A stretch of 29,429 bases of DNA from a virus. Its lineage: Duplodnaviria > Caudoviricetes. The notes beneath the pieces were generated by a model. It had not been told where the DNA came from and did no database searches. It saw only the letters and a list, made by a program, of their open reading frames with translations. Positions 19,501 to 26,620 of this stretch are shown one piece after another (within the stretch, counting starts at the first letter, position 1; every line of letters starts with the position of its first letter). Where the stretch lies: IMG/VR virus record IMGVR_UViG_3300020044_002005, positions 1-29,429 of that record; one strand, 5' to 3'. Position numbers and translations under genes: made by a program.

Positions 19501-20760
19501 AAAGAGTATGGTAGTGAAATTGCTTCTGACTTAAACAAAGGTAACTCTTGGGCTACCTCTGTTATGGGTATCAGTATGATGCGTAATGTACCTGATATTA
19601 AGCTACAGCGTAAACTATCAGAGTTATATAATGAAGCTACACAAGCAGCCTTATCTGAGAAACGTGCTACTGAAATCTCTGAGGAAATCGAAGGATTACA
19701 CAAGCGATTGTTTGGTCGTTCTATCTTCCATAGAGTTGGTCTAAGTGAAACAGGCTTTGATGCTGCATCTAAGTTTGAATACCAAGATTCAGTTGGTTCT
19801 ACTGCTCGTAAGATGATGGGTAGATTTGCAAGCTTAATTACGTTGCGTGCTCAAACAGATGCAAACCGTCTAGCTGTTATTAGTGTTGCTGGTGATATCT
19901 TGAGTCAACAGTTAGTTACCTTGTCTACGGTGGATCCTGCTATTCGTAGTAGTGCATTTAGTTCCGGTAAAGGTTTAACTAATGAACAAGCTCAAGCATT
20001 AACAGAGTTACAACAATACGGTCTTGATGTTAATTTAGCACTCAAGTTTCTTGAAGCTACAGATGGTAAGAAATTACCTTTTGATAATTCATTTACTGAT
20101 GCTGATGTAGCTGGTGACCCTGAATTGCAACGGTTCCAAGATCAAATTTTTACTGTGATAGGTAATTTTGTGGATGCTCGTGTAGTTAATCCTCAAGCGC
20201 ATAACACACCTAAGATCTATAATGACCCGCGTTGGAAGGCTATTACTTTAATGCAGAAGTTTATGGCAACAGCTCATGCTGTTATCTTACCACGACTGTA
20301 CAAGCAATACCTTAAAGAAGGTCATGCAGGTATGAAGTATTCTGCGTTTGCTACTATGGCTGGTTCATTACTAGCGGCTCAACTAATTAATCAATTAAAA
20401 GATTTCTTATCATACGATGAAGAAAAAGATAATCCGTATCTAAAAACAAGAGCTAAGAAAGCCCAACGGACTCTTAACACTTCTGGTCTACTCGGTCAAT
20501 TTGAAAAGATCACTGACAAAATGTCACCCGTTATTCCTAATTCTGGTCCTAAGTTTACTAATGATCCGACAGGTTGGGGTGTTGACAAAATTAAAGATAT
20601 GTCTCCCGTTGCTTCTTGGACTTCCAAGGTAGCAAGTGGTACATATAATACGCTTAACGGCAATACTGAAAAAGGCGTTAAACAGCTCGTAAGAGCCGCG
20701 CCCGTGGTAGGTAGCTTTCCTAGATTAGCTAAAGACTTTGTTTCAGCATTCAAACAATAA
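16543..20760 (+). CDS. Very large internal virion / ejection protein with N-terminal SNase-like domain
   Basis: AAGGAGG RBS; 1405 aa; IDPDT...YRIKGYNAPE...DPYGRKLA near the N-terminus; Gly/Ala hydrophobic segments; helical body. Confidence 0.7.
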   Translation: MGSLFEEALAKRTEVSPQPSPMKVNGVESITTPNWIDPDTVKLGSQPYRIKGYNAPEVPHIKGGVFVPGEDQGAAAGIPAMADQLGFNNLVVQGTDPYGRKLADLQNKRGESFGSFATRTGMVEPSKFTTPEDLDARAATNAFAFLNPKMAEKDPAIAAGIQARKEDQARADALGRPLFMPKIDVFNEAQYAGFKQGIGHQAVKREEEEIARLEKSLQEDNLPTDLRASLEKRLEQSRQTIYAASTTPDFVGGVMMRSDDRTIMNQAHDQATTSLYNGMYDIVKGVGGVLQMTGDKAGWDWLSKRADQGIKRLGVEQNQLPDTLSSFRDVNKGGGAWDTIGNSATYVGNLVAGTLPQMVVMAGAAMATGGTGASAWLLSSAPSTALYSGQFYADQPDDKKNAGLATSMGIASGILDKLGLDFMMGKLGKNIFTAAGHKELVQAVVDNSKKTGVTLSKEAAEQLIEKTSKSEILKLAQFSGDFAKRQIAGIEITGKRAAGLVVQGGGESATEAAQQYAQAWGESGSWSNNFKYARGFEDQILEAAVGGGVMGGAFHASGSAMNAAQWHSAMSAQEEYRRVLGESQVFQAENANKVATNNGGHRDILSLVDATSGEATTGKSAKLADIPSEDSFRWSKLLEPGRLIRQLAHTAIPSIVDENGALKENLGHLKAIMGGYGILPGDHASGYYQRLLGKWSGGMVIKDGNTEFIPTNKDSLASMLGVNTAEANKMVRDAWVNYWSKNQEVPNDTPQGQHLNWWKSALDETRTNMLKEASVAGADTGMVTNSNALFESSKIIPSQIVAHKNELVDALVSEGATPHEAQQAVTNIVSGNKQKASLARHFLSEHKVFSKPELAHLFESNVFDNIEHVKETLANNIMRNRYIGKEGEVIGKLLLKAKAAGEFGNDPNDTQFKATVSEVKAWVDIMNGDYHSLRNYPNLQKLSNFFCTATMLSSLGKAALSSQVETYMATLGTPAHLISKQLATYYKEYGSEIASDLNKGNSWATSVMGISMMRNVPDIKLQRKLSELYNEATQAALSEKRATEISEEIEGLHKRLFGRSIFHRVGLSETGFDAASKFEYQDSVGSTARKMMGRFASLITLRAQTDANRLAVISVAGDILSQQLVTLSTVDPAIRSSAFSSGKGLTNEQAQALTELQQYGLDVNLALKFLEATDGKKLPFDNSFTDADVAGDPELQRFQDQIFTVIGNFVDARVVNPQAHNTPKIYNDPRWKAITLMQKFMATAHAVILPRLYKQYLKEGHAGMKYSAFATMAGSLLAAQLINQLKDFLSYDEEKDNPYLKTRAKKAQRTLNTSGLLGQFEKITDKMSPVIPNSGPKFTNDPTGWGVDKIKDMSPVASWTSKVASGTYNTLNGNTEKGVKQLVRAAPVVGSFPRLAKDFVSAFKQ

Positions 20761-20772
20761 AGGTAAATTAGA

Positions 20773-23700
20773 ATGAATATTCGTGCTCCTAATGTTAATG
20801 CAGCAGTAAGAGCACCACTATCTGCAGACCAGCTTCGTGCTATGTCTGCGGGTATGTTTGGTGCACAAGCAGCTCCTGAGATCCCCGGCTCTGAAGCCGT
20901 AACCCAAGGTATTAAACAGTACAACCCATATGCGGTTGATGTTCCTCAGTTACCTGACACTGGTTTAAAGGGTGTAGTTGAGGCTACCCCTATTACACCT
21001 ACTTCTGACTACACTGATTTGGCTATGGCTACTCAGTCACCGTATGCTGCTCGCCCTCGTTACGAACCTGTTCTTGACGAACAAGGTCAGCCTATGTTAG
21101 ACGAAAATGGTCAATACCAAAGTAAACCTATTGAGATGGGTCGTTTTGGTGAACAACAACAAGCCGAGTTAGAGCAAGTACCTAATTTTGGTGCTGCTAT
21201 CGGTGATGGTACTGACTCAGTAGGTATTGCTAAGAGTATTCTTGGCTTGAAGACTGCTGCCAGTGAAAATGCTCCTGCATCACCTGCTACTAACCGTAGT
21301 GAGATGATGTCTGGTCGTGCTTCACCTGAGACTATTCGTAAATGGGCTGATACTTCAGCTCCCTCTTTGTCTCTGGTAACCGAAGATACAACTACTGATT
21401 TGTTTAGCCCCGAAGCTGTTGTAGGTTCTACGGATGAAGGTTATGAGGGTGTTCCTATTGGTATGAAGGTGTTTCATGACCATGACATTCCTTTTGAGTT
21501 ATCACGCCCTATCTCTACTGTGTTTGGTATTGCTCACGCATTAGCTAATGCTCAGACAGGTACTATGCGAGGTGATGAAGCACCTCCTGTAATTGTAGAT
21601 AAGAACGGTAAGACACTTGAGGATGCTCTTCCAGAGAAAGACATTGTTAACTCTATTATTCATGGTGCCAACAATGCCCTTGATCGTTTAGGTTATAACC
21701 TCCCTCCAGAAGCTGTGCGTAGGCTTGCTGAAGCTAAAGTTAAGGCTGAGATTTACCGTGGTAACTATCGCCCAGTAATGAGCAAAGATGGTCATTGGGT
21801 ACTTGCAACTTCTCCTGATATGAAGAAGCAAGCTCGTGACTTAGCTTACTTGACTGCTGCTTTATCTGGTGATGAGCGTAGAAAGTTTCCTTCAAAAGTC
21901 CCTCAGCTATCTGGCTCAAGTTTCCTGAAGCCCGGTTCACAGACAACTAAAAATTCACTACGGTTCCCAGGCGCTAAGGCATCTGCAGCTGAAGTTGCTA
22001 AGGATATCTTAGGTTCTATTGCTGAAACGTTTGAAATGATTTCCGTCATGTCAACAACTAAGCAGATGAAGGACATTGAAGCTAAGTTGGATGATCCATC
22101 TAACCCTAAATACTCTACAAGTATCTTTGCTAAGAGACACAAAATGTCTCAAGAAGATTACAACAAGTTGAAGGATAACGTAAACCCTGAAGAGGGTATG
22201 TCTATGAATGACCCTCGCTTTAAAGCTAAACAAGAAAGGCACGCAACTGAAGAGATGCAAGCTCGTTTGGCTAAGCTAAAGTATGACATTCAAAATGCTA
22301 ACGACATCAAAGGCTTAGCATACACTGGGTATATGCACTCAACAGCTAACCAGCGTTTCTTCCGCACTAATGCAGGTACTGATATCCTAGCTTCTAAGAA
22401 CGGTACTCGCGAAATGCTTAACTTTGGTCTTAAATCATTAGCAAAAGCTAGTGATGTGTTTGACCCTAAACAAGTTAAGCGCATCCAAGAAATGTCTAAA
22501 TCAGTGTTTACTAAGGTAGGTCGTGCTCGTCAAGAAGCTCTGTTAAAGATGACCTCTAATGATCGGGCTATGCTTGGTCTAATGGAAACAGCTGTTGTTA
22601 ACTTCTACACATTCTCTGGCGATCCGTCTATCCAAGATAAGCGCATTGCTAAGTATTCAGAAGTTGATTTAATTAACATGTATACTCCAGAGATTGGTAT
22701 GCATTTAGCTGCATTAGGCAAAGAGTTTATTCAGTGGTTGTCAGGTGATACTCAATCTAAGAACATTGAAGGCTTGCTAGCAGGTATGCCTCGTGGTGAA
22801 GCTCAAAGCTGTCAAAACCTTTGGTTTGATATGGCTAATTTGTATGAAGCTTACAATGATCCAGCTCAGAAGAATAAGCTTATTAAGCTGACTACAATGA
22901 ATTATGATGACGGTAACCAGAATGGTGTGTTCTTACAGTCATTGTATGCTGGTAAACCTGAAGTATCTGTTCGCTTAGGTTCTTATAACCCTAACCTTGC
23001 TGACATGCGTGGCTTTGCGTTAAATAAGATTGGTGATAAGCTTGAAGACTTTTTAAAGAGCAAAGAAGAAAAGCTAGATGCTTGGAAAGAGTTCTTAATT
23101 AAAGCTAGTAAGAATGATAGCATGGCTTCTGACTTGTTCAAAGTACCGTTGATGCAGTATGCTTATGGTAAAGATGGTTCAATGTTTACTGAGCACATCT
23201 ATGAGTTTATCAAAGACTCTGATACCTACGCGCCTATTGCTTATGATACTTTAATTAAGTCTGGTGCTTACGCTGACTTAACCACTGCTGCAGATGACAT
23301 GTCTAAGGCTATGGAAGCTACACTTAACGAGGTTGTAGACCCGCAATTCACTAGCACATTAAAACGACTTGGTCGTATGTTTGCTGTGATGGGTACTGTA
23401 CCTACTATTAAAGGTGTTGCAGGTGACGATTACGTGTTTAGTCCCGTTGATGTTGGGTTTATCCCCGACTCAGCAAAAGACGAAATCCAACAAGAAGTAG
23501 ATGAAGAAGGTAATACCTACATCACTAAGAAGCGTGGATTCCAGTCTAATACTTACACGACTCCTGATGGAGTTGTTGAGTCTACAACTGCAGTACGCCA
23601 GTTTAACCCTAATGCAACTAAAGGTTTACAGAAATTCTTCAACAAGTCAAAGGACAGTTACGATTCTTTCGAGAATCCGTTAGGTTCCGCTTTATCTAGA

Positions 23701-24465
23701 TTACTAGGTGTTATGCCTATTCAATCTACTGATGGTGACTTACTTAAGTTGATGCTAATTGCTGTAAACTCTGATCAAAGGATTCCATTACCTGTAGCAA
23801 CAGTTCATGACTCGTTGATTACTACAATGGATACTATGCATCTTTACCGTAATGCTTATAACAACATTGCTATCCCACAAGCTGTGCCTGAGATCAAGAA
23901 GTTTGCTTCTCGATTAAAAGACGCTTATGATAAAGCAAGATCAGATTTGTTTGCACAAGTATCTGAAAACAAGTATATTGGTATTGGGGCTAATGGCGAC
24001 TACCCTTCATTGGGCGCTCTCTTTGATGAACTAAATAATAAAATCAATAATGATCAATACAAAGAAGTGTTCTTAAGAAGAAACAATAACAAGCTAGAGA
24101 AGTGGGAAGATTACGTAGCAAAGTCCCAAGAGACTTTACGTGAAGCCCGTAAACAAGGTTGGAGACCAGACACTCCTAACTTAGCTATTGATTCTGCTCA
24201 ATTCAAACAGTTGTTCAGCCTATCTGAATCGCTGCTTAAAATTGGTGGTGCTGAAAATAGATTCAAACAATGGGTAAATAACTTTGCTTCAAACGTTGAA
24301 CAAGGATTTAAGAAATTAAATCTTAACCCAGACGTTCGCAAGCATGGTATTGCTCAAATGACTCAAGCAGGTGGCTCAGGCAAACGCATGGTTTCAAAAG
24401 AACCTGTTGTTGAACCTCGTAAACCTATTGATTTAGCTTCTATGATTCCTGAATTAAATAAATAA
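20773..24465 (+). CDS. Divergent single-subunit DNA-directed RNA polymerase, probably virion-associated
   Basis: Motif A YDDGNQNG (22903-22926), motif B FKVPLMQYAYG (about 23137-23169), PIQSTDG and motif C VHDS (23803-23814), in the correct order; last gene of the ejection cluster. Confidence 0.8.
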   Translation: MNIRAPNVNAAVRAPLSADQLRAMSAGMFGAQAAPEIPGSEAVTQGIKQYNPYAVDVPQLPDTGLKGVVEATPITPTSDYTDLAMATQSPYAARPRYEPVLDEQGQPMLDENGQYQSKPIEMGRFGEQQQAELEQVPNFGAAIGDGTDSVGIAKSILGLKTAASENAPASPATNRSEMMSGRASPETIRKWADTSAPSLSLVTEDTTTDLFSPEAVVGSTDEGYEGVPIGMKVFHDHDIPFELSRPISTVFGIAHALANAQTGTMRGDEAPPVIVDKNGKTLEDALPEKDIVNSIIHGANNALDRLGYNLPPEAVRRLAEAKVKAEIYRGNYRPVMSKDGHWVLATSPDMKKQARDLAYLTAALSGDERRKFPSKVPQLSGSSFLKPGSQTTKNSLRFPGAKASAAEVAKDILGSIAETFEMISVMSTTKQMKDIEAKLDDPSNPKYSTSIFAKRHKMSQEDYNKLKDNVNPEEGMSMNDPRFKAKQERHATEEMQARLAKLKYDIQNANDIKGLAYTGYMHSTANQRFFRTNAGTDILASKNGTREMLNFGLKSLAKASDVFDPKQVKRIQEMSKSVFTKVGRARQEALLKMTSNDRAMLGLMETAVVNFYTFSGDPSIQDKRIAKYSEVDLINMYTPEIGMHLAALGKEFIQWLSGDTQSKNIEGLLAGMPRGEAQSCQNLWFDMANLYEAYNDPAQKNKLIKLTTMNYDDGNQNGVFLQSLYAGKPEVSVRLGSYNPNLADMRGFALNKIGDKLEDFLKSKEEKLDAWKEFLIKASKNDSMASDLFKVPLMQYAYGKDGSMFTEHIYEFIKDSDTYAPIAYDTLIKSGAYADLTTAADDMSKAMEATLNEVVDPQFTSTLKRLGRMFAVMGTVPTIKGVAGDDYVFSPVDVGFIPDSAKDEIQQEVDEEGNTYITKKRGFQSNTYTTPDGVVESTTAVRQFNPNATKGLQKFFNKSKDSYDSFENPLGSALSRLLGVMPIQSTDGDLLKLMLIAVNSDQRIPLPVATVHDSLITTMDTMHLYRNAYNNIAIPQAVPEIKKFASRLKDAYDKARSDLFAQVSENKYIGIGANGDYPSLGALFDELNNKINNDQYKEVFLRRNNNKLEKWEDYVAKSQETLREARKQGWRPDTPNLAIDSAQFKQLFSLSESLLKIGGAENRFKQWVNNFASNVEQGFKKLNLNPDVRKHGIAQMTQAGGSGKRMVSKEPVVEPRKPIDLASMIPELNK

Positions 24466-24470
24466 GCAAA

Positions 24471-24517
24471 TAAAAACCCCTACTAGGATTATTCCTAATA
24501 GGGGTTATTTTTTTTTT
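24471..24517. terminator. Bidirectional rho-independent terminator between the convergent arms
   Basis: AACCCCTACTAGGA-TTAT-TCCTAATAGGGGTT hairpin, with an A-run on the left and a long T-run on the right. Confidence 0.88.
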
Positions 24518-24779
24518 ATTTGTGAGCCATTAGCTCTTTGACTTGTCGTCTTGTGTTAGTAGCTTGTTCAACTGCTGCAGCCATAGCTTGCTCTTCAGTA
24601 TTACCTTTCTTAAGGTAACCTTCGTAGTTTTGCTTCTGCATCTTTTGGATTGCTGCTTCGTTAATTGCTGGAGTACCAGCTAGGCCAGGGTCTAAACCTA
24701 GTTGCTCACAGATGTCAGCATCAGAGGTTTCTGAGTCACCACGGAGGGCGAAGATATTGTAGTTTTTGTATTCACTCAT
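24516..24779 (-). CDS. Hypothetical protein
   Basis: 87 aa; ATGA coupling to the dps stop codon; ends at the terminator. Confidence 0.7.
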   Translation of the reverse strand: MSEYKNYNIFALRGDSETSDADICEQLGLDPGLAGTPAINEAAIQKMQKQNYEGYLKKGNTEEQAMAAAVEQATNTRRQVKELMAHK

Positions 24780-25237
24780 TTAAAGCTCTTCCCTACAGTT
24801 GCTTTTAGTTTCCAACGCAGCTTGGACAAGTCTTTAAGGTAGTCACCTACAAGAGTCTCTAAACCGCCATAGCAGCACTCACCAGAAGCTTCGTATAGCC
24901 ATTGACCGTTACGCATTAGTACTTCAAAGTCTTCGAGTAAGTTCTCAACCATACTACGGCTAGACATATTAGCAGAAGCAGCTTCAGCTACCTCAGAGAT
25001 ACCAAGAATAGCTTTCAAAGATGATGGTGCTGGCTTATCTAACTGACGTAGCTGTTCACCAAACATATCGTGGTACCCATAAAGGAAGTCATATACTTCA
25101 CCTAGCAAAGCATGGTCTTGAGCAAACGTTGGACCTTCTACGTTAAAGTGAAAGCCATGTGCTTTGTAGTAAGTAACAAAGTTATCTGCGAATAAACACC
25201 GTAGTGCTGACACAATAGCTGTTGAATCATTCTTCAT
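24776..25237 (-). CDS. dps: Dps-like ferritin (DNA protection during starvation family)
   Basis: KAHGFHFNVEGPTFAQDH...EVY...DMFGEQLRQL matches the Dps H(W/F)NVxGxxF...H...D..AE signature; start 25237 chosen on RBS spacing (25243 is an alternative). Confidence 0.85.
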   Translation of the reverse strand: MKNDSTAIVSALRCLFADNFVTYYKAHGFHFNVEGPTFAQDHALLGEVYDFLYGYHDMFGEQLRQLDKPAPSSLKAILGISEVAEAASANMSSRSMVENLLEDFEVLMRNGQWLYEASGECCYGGLETLVGDYLKDLSKLRWKLKATVGKSFK

Positions 25238-25409
25238 TTTCATTTCCTTTTATTAATGCAGTGTCAACCGCATGTGCGTATTCCTTAACCTTGTCATTGA
25301 ATACATGTTCAGCTAACGTTTCCGCAGGTTTCTTTGGACCCCAAATAGCATCCCAATTACTACGTACTTTCTCAGCATCCTCATTACGGCGTCCTGAGCC
25401 TTTACCCAT
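25227..25409 (-). CDS. Small conserved phage protein (MGKGS...NWDAIW type)
   Basis: Start moved to ATG 25409 behind AGGAG; 60 aa. Confidence 0.65.
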   Translation of the reverse strand: MGKGSGRRNEDAEKVRSNWDAIWGPKKPAETLAEHVFNDKVKEYAHAVDTALIKGNENEE

Positions 25410-25496
25410 ATTAATTCTCCTGATTGAACGTATCCCATGATGACTCGTAGAGAGGGTCATAAGGTAGGTTTAATTCGTAGTCTTCAATAGTGTCTG

Positions 25497-25733
25497 TTAG
25501 TGTGTCCATGTTACTGCTTTGATAGCCCACATCTGAGCTGTTACTAGTTCATTTAAAGCAAGTGTAATCACATGCTGTCTACCTTTACTCTCAGACTTTT
25601 CAGCTTCTGCAATCAGCATATCTGCGATGTCTGCATAACGTTGTTTGATATCTGCAATAAGAGGGTCTTGTGTAGGGTTAAAGTTAACACCACAAAGTTT
25701 TTGACCATGCGTTAATTCTTTTTCTTCACTCAT
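25497..25733 (-). CDS. Acb2/Tad1-like helical-hairpin protein; candidate anti-defence nucleotide sponge
   Basis: GVNFNP...IADIK...AD..D and LALNELVTAQMWAIKAVTW pattern; 78 aa; two predicted helices; AAGGAG RBS. Confidence 0.6.
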   Translation of the reverse strand: MSEEKELTHGQKLCGVNFNPTQDPLIADIKQRYADIADMLIAEAEKSESKGRQHVITLALNELVTAQMWAIKAVTWTH

Positions 25734-25734
25734 A

Positions 25735-26091
25735 TTAAACTCCTTGTGCCTTCATTGTCTTAACAATAGCAGAGAAGATATAGTCTTTAGCTTGTTGCTG
25801 AACAGGCAGTTCTTCGTATTCAACCATACAAGGATGAGTCTTCTCTTCTACATCCTTCTCTTCACCATAGACCCAACCATCAGCTTCTTTTTCAGCGTAC
25901 CATGAAGCATGGCTGTCTGCAGGAGTAGAGTCTTGGTTGTTGAAGTGATGTACTACTCCGTTGTAAGCTGATTGACGTTGCCATTCAGGAGCATCAGCCC
26001 ATGCTACTTGGGAGTCATCACCTAAAGCTAGGCAATAAGCACGATTAACTTCGTGACATACTTGTGCGATTTTTTCTAATTGGGGTTTCAT
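25735..26091 (-). CDS. RyR (ryanodine receptor repeat) domain protein
   Basis: SHASW...K...GWVYGEEKD...KTHPCMVEYEELP..QQAKD is the RyR-domain signature; preceded by IAQVCHEVNRAYC. Confidence 0.85.
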   Translation of the reverse strand: MKPQLEKIAQVCHEVNRAYCLALGDDSQVAWADAPEWQRQSAYNGVVHHFNNQDSTPADSHASWYAEKEADGWVYGEEKDVEEKTHPCMVEYEELPVQQQAKDYIFSAIVKTMKAQGV

Positions 26092-26112
26092 TTTAATGTG
26101 TCCTATTGTTAA

Positions 26113-26188
26113 TGGTGAGTCATGACGGATTCAAACCGCCGACCAACGGTGTAGAAGACCGATGCTCTATTCACTGAGCTAATGACTC
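26113..26188 (-). tRNA. tRNA-Arg(UCU)
   Basis: Cloverleaf; acceptor GAGTCAT/ATGACTC; anticodon loop CTTCTAC; encoded CCA. Confidence 0.9.
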
Positions 26189-26195
26189 GATTGAT

Positions 26196-26270
26196 TGGGC
26201 AGAAAGACGGGTTACGCTCCCTGTCTGCCTGTTTCACAGACAGGTGTGCTACTATTACACTATCTACTGC
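26196..26270 (-). tRNA. tRNA-His(GUG), atypical T-arm
   Basis: Anticodon arm CCTGT-CTGTGAA-ACAGG; G-1:C73 His identity pair; encoded CCA; T-loop AGCGTAA is non-canonical. Confidence 0.7.
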
Positions 26271-26281
26271 ATATTACTTAC

Positions 26282-26355
26282 TGGCACAGCGTGAAGGAAT
26301 CAAACCTCCGTTAGCGGATTTGGAATCCACAGTCCTATCACTGAACGAACGCCGC
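26282..26355 (-). tRNA. tRNA-Trp(CCA)
   Basis: Anticodon arm GTGGA-TTCCAAA-TCCGC; G73 discriminator; encoded CCA. Confidence 0.88.
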
Positions 26356-26359
26356 ATAT

Positions 26360-26437
26360 TGGTCTGTGTGGATGGATTTGAACCACCGATTTCCTGCTTC
26401 CAAGGCAGGTAGATTAACCAAGCTTTCTCACACACAG
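26360..26437 (-). tRNA. tRNA-Pro(UGG)
   Basis: Anticodon arm CCTGC-CTTGGAA-GCAGG; TTCAAAT T-loop; encoded CCA. Confidence 0.9.
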
Positions 26438-26444
26438 ATTGTTT

Positions 26445-26529
26445 TGGTGGATCCTCTAGGAGTCGAACCTAGTTGCCGTAAGGCCACGGATTTACAGTCC
26501 GCTGCAGTCGCCAATGCTGCTCAGAATCC
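26445..26529 (-). tRNA. tRNA-Tyr(GUA)
   Basis: Anticodon arm GCGGA-CTGTAAA-TCCGT; long variable arm; TTCGACT T-loop; encoded CCA. Confidence 0.9.
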
Positions 26530-26537
26530 TTTGTTCA

Positions 26538-26616
26538 TGGCTCCGGATGTGGGAATCGAACCCACCTAACCATTGATTAACAGTCAAGCCCATGCACCTT
26601 GCTCGGGTTTTCCGGA
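26538..26616 (-). tRNA. tRNA-Asn(GUU)
   Basis: Anticodon arm TTGA-CTGTTAA-TCAA; acceptor TCCGGA/TCCGGA; G73; encoded CCA. Confidence 0.88.
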
Positions 26617-26620
26617 ATAT

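Noticed and set aside
20496-20924. 142-aa minus-strand ORF spanning the junction of the two largest genes
   Set aside because: It is antisense to two well-supported genes and has no recognisable motif.
24494-24502. CCTAATAGG as a fourth copy of the candidate promoter
   Set aside because: It is the 3' arm of the terminator hairpin and would point antisense into the minus-strand genes.
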